This document shows, piece after piece, positions 19,352 through 26,315 of a stretch of 27,952 bases of DNA. The notes below the pieces were generated by a model that saw only the letters and a program-made list of their open reading frames with translations, had not been told where the DNA came from and ran no database searches. The first letter of the stretch is position 1; each line of letters starts with the position of its first letter. A program made the translations under genes and the position numbers. Source of the DNA: a virus (lineage: Duplodnaviria; Caudoviricetes); IMG/VR virus record IMGVR_UViG_3300005573_000243, positions 1-27,952 of that record; one strand, written 5' to 3'.

Positions 19352-19756
19352 TCAATCACACGCAATGACGGGAGTCACTTTGATACTATCGCCATTATTG
19401 ACGATCGTATATGGACCGTCTGTAAACCTTTCCGCCCAAACCAATTTTCCGCTTGTCACCTGCACTAAATAATAACCATAAATGCTTTGGTTTTGTCCAC
19501 CAGCAGTAGAAGTAAAAGTAACCTGCGGGTAACTTGCCTGTGTGGGTGCTCCTTCGGTTACTGTCCAGCTTGACGCTGTCAAAGTAACTGCACTATAGCC
19601 AGTAAAAGTTGCCTCCGTGTATGTTGCCTCAGTATCAGTTTCCGATGGTGTTACATTGTTCTGAAACAACTTCAACTTTAAATCTTGTGGTGCAGTTTTG
19701 TTAACCAATGCCTCCAGAAGAATTTTTTCTGCTTGATTTGGTAATACAAGTGCCAT
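19352..19756 (-). CDS. Small fibre/decoration-associated virion protein
   Basis: Pattern LKLKLF...EATFTGYSAVTL...W...VTF...YGYYLV...LVWAERF...GDSIKVTP, of a type common beside phage fibre genes. Confidence 0.65.
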   Translation of the reverse strand: MALVLPNQAEKILLEALVNKTAPQDLKLKLFQNNVTPSETDTEATYTEATFTGYSAVTLTASSWTVTEGAPTQASYPQVTFTSTAGGQNQSIYGYYLVQVTSGKLVWAERFTDGPYTIVNNGDSIKVTPVIACD

Positions 19757-19759
19757 ACT

Positions 19760-19951
19760 TTATTTCCTCCTGCTTCTCTTTGTTTTTCGTGTTTTTCTTT
19801 TAGTCCTCTTACCTGCTCGCCCTGTTCCAGTTATTGAGTAGGCTATGGCAGAAGCTTGAGCAGGACTCCGACCACTTCTTATCTCTTGCCTTATAATCCT
19901 GCTCCGCCAATCTTCAACTCGTTCACCTTTTCTTCTTTTAGGAATAGGCAT
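19760..19951 (-). CDS. 63-aa highly basic protein
   Basis: Core motif SPAQASAIAYS and tail GKRTKRKTRKTKRSRRK; AGGGGGA SD. Confidence 0.75.
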   Translation of the reverse strand: MPIPKRRKGERVEDWRSRIIRQEIRSGRSPAQASAIAYSITGTGRAGKRTKRKTRKTKRSRRK

Positions 19952-19962
19952 TATTATCCCCC

Positions 19963-20259
19963 CTATCTTGTTACCGTATCAGCAGTAAGACTTGCTGTCG
20001 TTCCACTTGCTACCGTTGTAGAAGGTCCAGAAGTAGAAGTAATATCAGTTGCAGTTCCGTAAACAGCACCTGTTGCACCACATTGAGCGTGCGTTATCGA
20101 GTGAGTATGAGCATTAAACTTACTTTTCATATCATTCACTAAACTAACAAGTGCATTATACTTCGTTATCAGATTATTCATATCTGATCGCAAAGTATTA
20201 TATTGTTGCCTAATTTTTTCTAAAATATCACTTGGACAATCATTAAAAGCTTTTGGCAT
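19963..20259 (-). CDS. Coiled-coil fibre-like protein with HxH motif
   Basis: Heptad region followed by FNAHTHS and a Thr/Ser-rich tail; AAGGAGGTGA SD. Confidence 0.6.
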   Translation of the reverse strand: MPKAFNDCPSDILEKIRQQYNTLRSDMNNLITKYNALVSLVNDMKSKFNAHTHSITHAQCGATGAVYGTATDITSTSGPSTTVASGTTASLTADTVTR

Positions 20260-20273
20260 TATTAATCACCTCC

Positions 20274-20447
20274 TTAAATAATTACTGGCATTGACGGTCT
20301 TCTATGTTCTGGTCTTTCTGGTTTTGACGGTCTTCCTCTTCTTTCTGGTATATCTCCTCTAACCGTCGGTTTTCCTTCCCCTCTTCCTTCCCATCTCCTC
20401 CATCCCCTCCATCCTCTTATTCTTCTTATTCTTCTTGTTTCTGGCAT
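20274..20447 (-). CDS. 57-aa Arg-rich peptide (not in ORF track)
   Basis: MPETRRIRRIRGWRGWRRWEGRGEGKPTVRGDIPERRGRPSKPERPEHRRPSMPVII; AAGGAG SD; fills the gap between neighbours. Confidence 0.75.
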   Translation of the reverse strand: MPETRRIRRIRGWRGWRRWEGRGEGKPTVRGDIPERRGRPSKPERPEHRRPSMPVII

Positions 20448-20462
20448 TGTTATCTCCTTTTT

Positions 20463-21272
20463 TTAGCCTATAAAAATAACTCTAACATAGCCACTTGTAT
20501 AAGCTATCTCACCTATAGAACCATCATCTAATCGTGTTCTTCTAACTCTGTAGGAATAATCTTCTGCTGTTCTAATAACATAAGAAGCAGTAGTAACATT
20601 AGTTACAACAGTTCCACCTTCCGGATCGTTATCAGTATATTGCGTAATAGGAAATACAGTTGAACCGTTATCAGGACTAAACCATATCCAGAAAGCAATA
20701 GGTATAACTCCAAGATTATGCGCCATTGAATATTTTGAGCCATTGCTTACTGCAACCCAGCCACTATCATAATACTTTGTAAATATTCCATTTATACTGC
20801 CAAATTTTCCACCTTCTGCGCCATCCGATTGATGGCTATGATTTCCCAATCCACCAGTATGCTGATCTTTCGCCGTTCCCCCTGCGTGAGCACTTACATC
20901 AACTCCGTCAACTTTTTCAGTGCCAGCCATAACAATATCAGCCCCGCTCATTGTAAGCGTAGCTTTAAAGGTCTTCGCTCCAGTAATATCTTGTGCAGTA
21001 GGAATTGTTATATATCCACAGGTAGACCAAGTAAATCCATCCCATTGCTTTAAAACAGGAGGACTGACAGAAGTGTCACGCCAAAATTGTCCCACATATT
21101 CAGGTATAGGTGCAGTATCAGAGACAGTTACAAGTTTAGCTAATTGTTGAAAACAAGCATCTAAATAGCTTCCGGGAACAGCCTTACCAATAACATCTTG
21201 TGCACTATCCTTCGCATCAGAAAGCTGTGATGTATCTAAATTCTGAAAACTATAAGGCAGTGGTATAGCCAT
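20463..21272 (-). CDS. Tail/head fibre protein
   Basis: Fibre-type segments (GQFWRDTS, LKQWDGFTW, AQDITGAKTF, HSHQ) and a C-terminal knob with HNLGVIP. Confidence 0.7.
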   Translation of the reverse strand: MAIPLPYSFQNLDTSQLSDAKDSAQDVIGKAVPGSYLDACFQQLAKLVTVSDTAPIPEYVGQFWRDTSVSPPVLKQWDGFTWSTCGYITIPTAQDITGAKTFKATLTMSGADIVMAGTEKVDGVDVSAHAGGTAKDQHTGGLGNHSHQSDGAEGGKFGSINGIFTKYYDSGWVAVSNGSKYSMAHNLGVIPIAFWIWFSPDNGSTVFPITQYTDNDPEGGTVVTNVTTASYVIRTAEDYSYRVRRTRLDDGSIGEIAYTSGYVRVIFIG

Positions 21273-21290
21273 AGTTAGTCTTATTAATTA

Positions 21291-21632
21291 CTAATTAGCA
21301 TTTATAATCTGCCAGTTACTACCGTCACTAATAACCTCTACTCGCTTATATTGCGATGCTAACGAATAAGTAGTAGCACCATCAATAGTTTGGCTTGAAG
21401 TTGTAGCAACCGTTACCGCATTAGCAGAATTATCTGTTTTCTTTATTGCGTATATCCTTCCCGTAATTCCCACTGCAGTAGGAAGAGTAACAGTTTTTGC
21501 CCCTCCTGATGCATTAACTAAAACCAAAAAATCATCATCAGTTAGGGTATAATTAGCACTTACACTTGTTACTGAAACCGTTAAGCTATTTATAATAGGA
21601 TTAATATTTGGACATTGTCTTGACTTTGGCAT
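21291..21632 (-). CDS. Small beta-rich virion protein
   Basis: Common phage structural domain pattern NYTLT...VNASGGAKTVTLP...IKKTD...TIDG...SDGSNW. Confidence 0.7.
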   Translation of the reverse strand: MPKSRQCPNINPIINSLTVSVTSVSANYTLTDDDFLVLVNASGGAKTVTLPTAVGITGRIYAIKKTDNSANAVTVATTSSQTIDGATTYSLASQYKRVEVISDGSNWQIINAN

Positions 21633-21658
21633 AATAATTTACCTCCTTAAATAAATTG

Positions 21659-22081
21659 TTAAACTCCTGCTGGTGCTGCTGGTGGCATTGCTGGCGGTGC
21701 TCCTGCTGGTGCTCCCGCTGGTGCTCCCGTAGGTGGCATAGCAGGAATTCCTCCACCACTTAACATAGCCCCCAACTGCCCCTGCACTTCTTTAATTTTA
21801 GACTCAGGAACTACTTTCATTAAATTATCGATTGCTTTGGTTATATTTTTCCCCTCTTCGGTAGTATAACCATAAATTCCAACAACCTGCTCTAAAGCAG
21901 CTACAGCCCCTGCTACAATAGTATCGGCAATTTCCTTTGAAGATCCTAAATTAGCAGATGCATTTGCTTCTGCTACTGGTGCTGCTCCCACAGTTTGCCC
22001 TTCCGGTGTAATACCTGGTGCTCCTCCTGCTGGCGGAGTTAAGCTTGTATCAATTCCTAATTGTTCTAAAATACTTGGCAT
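21659..22081 (-). CDS. Pro/Ala/Gly-rich head-module protein
   Basis: Helical core flanked by low-complexity PAGA repeats; AAGGAGGT SD. Confidence 0.7.
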   Translation of the reverse strand: MPSILEQLGIDTSLTPPAGGAPGITPEGQTVGAAPVAEANASANLGSSKEIADTIVAGAVAALEQVVGIYGYTTEEGKNITKAIDNLMKVVPESKIKEVQGQLGAMLSGGGIPAMPPTGAPAGAPAGAPPAMPPAAPAGV

Positions 22082-22136
22082 TTTTACCTCCTTTAAAAAA
22101 AGTTAATCAAAACACTCCGGCAAGGTAGGCTATTAG

Positions 22137-22190
22137 TTACTTACGATGAATCCGGCGAACCCTTTTAACTTTGCGTCCTCTTCGTGCCAT
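22137..22190 (-). CDS. 17-aa protamine-like micropeptide MARRGRKVKRVRRIHRK
   Basis: GAGGTGA SD, ATG, TAA; first 12 nt identical to the neighbouring micro-ORF. Confidence 0.75.
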   Translation of the reverse strand: MARRGRKVKRVRRIHRK

Positions 22191-22227
22191 AGTTTTTCAC
22201 CTCGCTTTCTTTTTTTTAGATTAGTTA

Positions 22228-22272
22228 TTACTTTTTCGCTCTTTTAGTTTTCCGACCTTTTCTTCGTGCCAT
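22228..22272 (-). CDS. 14-aa protamine-like micropeptide MARRKGRKTKRAKK
   Basis: AAGGAG SD, ATG, double TAA stop. Confidence 0.75.
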   Translation of the reverse strand: MARRKGRKTKRAKK

Positions 22273-22329
22273 TGCTTTTTCTCCTTTCTTCCACTAAAAA
22301 GTGGATTAAATTTAATAGCAAACTACTCC

Positions 22330-22398
22330 TTACCGGAGTGTTTTTGCTCTTTGCAATCTTCGATAATATCTCCTAAAGTCTCGCTTATTTCTTTTCAC
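22330..22398 (-). CDS. 22-aa basic micropeptide (M)KRNKRDFRRYYRRLQRAKTLR
   Basis: GTG start 8 nt after the portal stop, preceded by GAGGAG with short spacing; stop lies inside the inverted-repeat arm. Confidence 0.5.
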   Translation of the reverse strand: MKRNKRDFRRYYRRLQRAKTLR

Positions 22399-22405
22399 TG
22401 CTCCT

Positions 22406-23971
22406 CTATTCGTTCTCCGAGCCCTTCGGGGTTTCACGTGAAACCTCCTTTTGCATTTCCTGCAAAGCTTTTGTAGCCATAAACTTCTTTATCTTTTCCT
22501 TCTTTGGTAGTGGTAACATATCAATTACAACATCCGGTGGTATGATATTATTTTCGGCAAGTGCCATTACCATTTCTTGATAAGCAAGTGCAGTTATCGG
22601 TGAAGAAGTATGAGCAAATACATCAACCCGGAATGGTATATTTAGAAGTTCTTTATATTCAATCCGAGAATTTACTATGCAATTAGCATAAGTAGTCATT
22701 ACTTCTTCTAAGAAAGCCTCTGTCCTAAGTGCCTTTTTCTTTAAAACAGTAGAAGCAAACTGAGCTAAAATACTTGCGTAAGATGCACTTCTAACATTTG
22801 CCATCGGCTTTCCAGTAAAAACTCCGATTATTCCTGATTGTTCCTTAAAGGACTCCTCATAGTATTTAATCATCTCAAAAACAAGTGCAGGTTCTAATTT
22901 TGGTAAATAAAAATCAAATTTAGCAGTAGGATCAAAAATTTCTATAACTTCACCGGGTGTCTGAAGCTTTCCTTGCATTTCGTTACTTGCAACTTGTCCT
23001 TGAAGTCCATAAACGATAAGTGGTGGTCTGGTTAACATATTTTCGATATGATCCAGTTTTTCAACCTGAGCCTTAATTTTCAAATAAAGGTTCGTGAGAA
23101 AGTGAAGTTCACTTAAGCCCCAAAAGTAGCCTTCTATTGGATTAGGAGTAAATTTGATAAATGGATGTTCACCAGGAATAAAAGGATTAACTGATTTAAT
23201 GGCAATCTGGTCACCTATAATTTGTGCCATATACCAGTCTTTTTTATCGTAGTCATACATCCATAGTTCATAAATCTCCGCATATTCACCTATTTTTTTA
23301 GGCTCAAGTGTTTCGACAATTTCCCTTTTAATTGGAGTTGCAGTAAAAGTTTTAGTTTGCTGATTCTGACTTATAACTATATCAAGAAAAGACTCAGTTC
23401 TTGATGGTGGTGGGGTTATCCTTAACTCTATATTAGGATATTTTTTTCTTGCTAAGTGAAGTGGAATTCTTGCAATATGACAAAATACTTGGTCTTTATC
23501 TAAATTTGGATTATCCTCGTAATATACTGCAAAATCGTAAGGACAAACTGGCTTAAAGTTTATCTTTCTGCCATCAAATATCGTCTTAACAATATATGAG
23601 CCATAAACAAAACTCCAGAATAGCCACTCATAGAATTCTATATCAAGGCAATCATAAATAAACTTTTCGCTTAAAACCCGTCCAAGTTTATCGAGTAGTT
23701 TTTGCGTATTATCATCAATTGTGTATTCAGGATTAGGGACTATATCAAAGATGATATTATCAGGAAGGTAAATTAGACTAACAATATCTTCGAGAGTTTT
23801 AAAGATGTGGTTCTTTATTTCGTTATTAAAAAGAATATTCCTTAATTCCTTATATCTTTCCTGTCTCAATTCAATATTGGAAAGGCAACCATCCCTGAAG
23901 TCAAGAATTTCCTGGTCAGAATAAGGAAATCCATTTTTATTTTCAGTGATTTTTTGTTTTTTATTTCTCAA
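22406..23971 (-). CDS. Portal protein
   Basis: 521 aa at the head of the virion operon; portal-like segments (FVYGSYIVK, HPFIKFTPNPIEGYFWGLS, SGIIGVFTG). Confidence 0.88.
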   Translation of the reverse strand: MRNKKQKITENKNGFPYSDQEILDFRDGCLSNIELRQERYKELRNILFNNEIKNHIFKTLEDIVSLIYLPDNIIFDIVPNPEYTIDDNTQKLLDKLGRVLSEKFIYDCLDIEFYEWLFWSFVYGSYIVKTIFDGRKINFKPVCPYDFAVYYEDNPNLDKDQVFCHIARIPLHLARKKYPNIELRITPPPSRTESFLDIVISQNQQTKTFTATPIKREIVETLEPKKIGEYAEIYELWMYDYDKKDWYMAQIIGDQIAIKSVNPFIPGEHPFIKFTPNPIEGYFWGLSELHFLTNLYLKIKAQVEKLDHIENMLTRPPLIVYGLQGQVASNEMQGKLQTPGEVIEIFDPTAKFDFYLPKLEPALVFEMIKYYEESFKEQSGIIGVFTGKPMANVRSASYASILAQFASTVLKKKALRTEAFLEEVMTTYANCIVNSRIEYKELLNIPFRVDVFAHTSSPITALAYQEMVMALAENNIIPPDVVIDMLPLPKKEKIKKFMATKALQEMQKEVSRETPKGSENE

Positions 23972-24306
23972 ATCTTTCTATAGCCTCCAATTTTCACATC
24001 TTGATAATTTTTAGGATTAATTTGAATATCGATACAATTATCTTTTTTAGCCTTTGCCATTTCGCTAATTTCCTTTGCTACCTCTTCCCCTACTATTCTT
24101 CCTGCTACATCTAAGTCAGTAGGGTTTCTAACTTCAATCTTCTTTAACATTTCAAGCCCCGCTTCTTTTAAAAGTTTTTCTTTTTCCCGGCTTTTCCTGA
24201 CAATATCGTCATAACTCCGGGTATTTCTTTCGATAATTTCCTCTACCGCCCTTGTCTGAATTCTTTTCTTTTTTAAATCTTTAATGATATAAACCAATTT
24301 TATCAC
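23968..24306 (-). CDS. Hypothetical protein upstream of portal
   Basis: 112-aa charged ORF with ATGA overlap with portal. Start is GTG 24306, or a TTG three codons later that has an AGGTGA SD. Confidence 0.65.
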   Translation of the reverse strand: MIKLVYIIKDLKKKRIQTRAVEEIIERNTRSYDDIVRKSREKEKLLKEAGLEMLKKIEVRNPTDLDVAGRIVGEEVAKEISEMAKAKKDNCIDIQINPKNYQDVKIGGYRKI

Positions 24307-24411
24307 CTATAAGAATGATAATTATTCTTAATATCACTTAGACATAAAAAAATATATTTGTCAAGTATTTTTTGGTATAAAAATTGCATTTTTTATCACC
24401 TTTTTTACAAC

Positions 24412-24440
24412 TTGATTTTTTGAATAAGGTTTGTTAAGAT
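24412..24440 (+). promoter_or_regulatory. Sigma70-type promoter (candidate sRNA promoter)
   Basis: TTGATT, 17 nt, TAAGAT with a TG extended -10. Confidence 0.55.
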
Positions 24441-24445
24441 AAAAC

Positions 24446-24515
24446 TACCCTCCTCTCATAACTTCCTCCTTTGCGGAAGCCTTTCCATAGTTTCCCAGCT
24501 ATGGGAAGGCTTTTT
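24446..24515 (+). ncRNA. Candidate ~70-nt small RNA with two anti-SD motifs
   Basis: Lies between a promoter and an intrinsic terminator, has no ORF, and carries CCUCCU at 24449 and CCUCCUUU at 24465. Confidence 0.5.
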
Positions 24516-24524
24516 ATTTTTTTT
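24479..24524 (+). terminator. Rho-independent terminator
   Basis: 12-bp stem GCCTTTCCATAG/CTATGGGAAGGC (one U-G pair on the plus strand) followed by a long T tract. Confidence 0.8.
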
Positions 24525-24538
24525 GGTATTTTTTTTGT

Positions 24539-24566
24539 TTGACTTAAGGAAAAAGCTTGATAAAAT
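24539..24566 (+). promoter_or_regulatory. Sigma70-type promoter, copy 1
   Basis: TTGACT, 16 nt, TAAAAT with TGn extension; similar to 27521-27548. Confidence 0.75.
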
Positions 24567-24583
24567 GGTAAGAAAAACAAACA

Positions 24584-24704
24584 AAGGTGGTGCGAGTATG
24601 CAAAAATTCCAAAGAAAATTAGATAGTTTAGCCAGTAAAGCCCTTGCGGAAAAACCCACCAAAGGCTCGCACTACCTTATCGCAAGGGTTTTTACTGGCT
24701 TTTT
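24584..24704 (+). promoter_or_regulatory. Structured leader RNA, copy 1 (hairpin plus loop-to-RBS pairing)
   Basis: Stem 24630-24648/24681-24700 plus T tract; loop segment 24665-24678 is complementary to 24584-24597. Confidence 0.75.
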
Positions 24705-24732
24705 GGAGGTAATTTATGGAGATAGAAATTGA
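24598..24732 (+). CDS. Putative 44-aa leader peptide (MQKFQRKL...)
   Basis: AAGGTGGT SD-like sequence; runs through the hairpin and overlaps the ParB-MTase start. Confidence 0.45.
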   Translation: MQKFQRKLDSLASKALAEKPTKGSHYLIARVFTGFLEVIYGDRN

Positions 24733-25789
24733 AAAAATAAAAGACACCGCACCAAGAAGAGAACACGGAAATATTGAAGAGTTAAAGAATTCTATCAAGG
24801 AAGTTGGTCTCATTAATCCACTTACAATTAACCAGAATTATCGCTTACTTGCAGGTAGAAGGCGCTTTCAAGCTCTAAAAGAACTTGGTTTCAAAACCGT
24901 TCCGGTCCGAGTGCTTGAAAGTGAAGATGAGCTTTTCGATTTCCGGGTTGCACTGATTGAGAATATCCAAAGGAAAAACCTGAGCGATCCGGAGTTAGCG
25001 GCGGCGATCAAGGAATATGATGAGATGATGAGGAGGCTAAAAGGATCAAAACCAAAAGGAAACATAGAGACCTTAAAACAATTTACCGATTTACCACAGT
25101 GTAATAAATCGGAAGGTTGGACTCAAGAGCAAACCGCCAAAAACCTGAATATCTCTCAACCGGCAGTAAGCAAAGCCATCCAAATAGCCACTGCCATTGA
25201 AGAGTATCCGGAATTAGCAAAAGAGAGGAAGGGAAATGTAATTATCAAGAAATATAAAAGAAAAAAAGATGAAGAGAAAATTAAAAATAAAAAATTTCCG
25301 GTAATTGAAGGAAAATATAAAACAATTTTAATTGATCCACCCTGGGATTATGAACTTAATCTCGACGGCAGGGCAAAGCCTGAATATGCAACAATGGATT
25401 TAGAAGAACTGAAAAAAATGCATATAGAGAAATATGCGGAAGAAAATTGCCATCTTTATATTTGGAGCACAAATAATAATATTCCACTCGCTTTGGAACT
25501 TGGTTCTTATTGGGGTTTTTCTTATAAAACCTTAATTACCTGGGTCAAACCATCAATAGGTATGGGTTCTTATTTTAGAAACAGCACAGAACAACTTTTA
25601 TTTTTTGTTAAGGGGAAATTATCTACAAGAACAAAAGATATTGAAACTCATTTTGAAGCCCCCCGTGGAAAGCATTCTGAGAAACCAGAATATTCATACC
25701 AATTAATTGAAAAAGCTTCATATCCAGCTTATTTAGAAATATTTGGCAGAAAGAAAAGAGAAGGTTGGAATGTATGGGGAAATTTTTAA
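24716..25789 (+). CDS. ParB-like domain fused to MT-A70 family adenine methyltransferase
   Basis: ParB motifs GLINPL, LLAGRRR, ENIQRKNL; HTH WTQEQTAKNLNISQPAVS; MT-A70 motifs ILIDPPW, HSEKP, LEIFGR. Confidence 0.9.
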   Translation: MEIEIEKIKDTAPRREHGNIEELKNSIKEVGLINPLTINQNYRLLAGRRRFQALKELGFKTVPVRVLESEDELFDFRVALIENIQRKNLSDPELAAAIKEYDEMMRRLKGSKPKGNIETLKQFTDLPQCNKSEGWTQEQTAKNLNISQPAVSKAIQIATAIEEYPELAKERKGNVIIKKYKRKKDEEKIKNKKFPVIEGKYKTILIDPPWDYELNLDGRAKPEYATMDLEELKKMHIEKYAEENCHLYIWSTNNNIPLALELGSYWGFSYKTLITWVKPSIGMGSYFRNSTEQLLFFVKGKLSTRTKDIETHFEAPRGKHSEKPEYSYQLIEKASYPAYLEIFGRKKREGWNVWGNF

Positions 25790-26283
25790 TTGACGACGAA
25801 TGGTCAAGAAAATGTGATAGAAAATTAAAAAAATTTTGGAAGCAAATTAGCTATGAAGGGCGTTTTATTTTTGCTGGGTCCAGCTTATTGCAAAAGACCC
25901 TCGGAATCGATGTTATATTACAATCTCAAAATGACGACAAAGATATTACCATAGATACAAAACATATAAGACCAAGAAAACAACAGCTTAATTGTTTTTT
26001 TCTTGAAGAAGAAAGTTGTCCCGATAAAAAGACTTTAGGATGGATTTTAAAAGAAAATGGTTGGCCCGATTATATTTTTTATTGTTTCTGGATAAATGAA
26101 AATGAATGTAAGGCTTATATTATTCCTTTCATTCCATTAAGAGAATGGTTTATCAAAAATAGAGAGAAATATCCTTTATTTCAAAATATTGATACAATAA
26201 ATAAAACCACTGGAAGACTTGTCCCAATTAACCAGCTTTCCAAGGAAATAAAAATTATAGAAAAGTATATTAAAATTCAATAA
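25765..26283 (+). CDS. Putative PD-(D/E)XK nuclease-fold protein
   Basis: GID...IDTK spacing followed by FFLEEES...GW; overlaps the MTase 3' end. Confidence 0.6.
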   Translation: MECMGKFLIDDEWSRKCDRKLKKFWKQISYEGRFIFAGSSLLQKTLGIDVILQSQNDDKDITIDTKHIRPRKQQLNCFFLEEESCPDKKTLGWILKENGWPDYIFYCFWINENECKAYIIPFIPLREWFIKNREKYPLFQNIDTINKTTGRLVPINQLSKEIKIIEKYIKIQ

Positions 26284-26315
26284 CTTACTAAAATTTAAAA
26301 CGAGAAAGATAACCT

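Larger units (their letters stand above)
22108..22346 (-). repeat. Long-range inverted repeat enclosing two micro-ORFs
   Basis: 22109-22125 AAAACACTCCGGCAAGG pairs with 22328-22344 CCTTACCGGAGTGTTTT (17 bp, one U-G pair in minus-strand RNA); extends by 3 + 7 bp across two bulges. Confidence 0.85.

Noticed and set aside
629-21150. Plus-strand ORFs in the ORF track (e.g. 629, 2544, 5729, 9438, 11802, 15800, 20920)
   Set aside because: They are antisense shadows of well-supported minus-strand genes, with no recognisable motifs.
20268-21654. 14-bp direct repeat ACCTCCTTAAATAA at 20268 and 21641 as insertion boundaries
   Set aside because: It is the complement of TTATTTAAGGAGGT, an RBS context, and similar strings precede other genes.
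22108-22346. Inverted repeat interpreted as a MITE, invertible segment or archaeal bulge-helix-bulge site
   Set aside because: No target-site duplication or recombinase is evident, both bulges are on the same strand, and the U-G pair favours a plain RNA stem. Inversion is not fully excluded without reads.
24456-25065. Minus-strand ORFs 24456-24662, 24628-24813 and 24868-25065
   Set aside because: They overlap plus-strand promoter, RNA structure and the ParB gene, and have no coding hallmarks.
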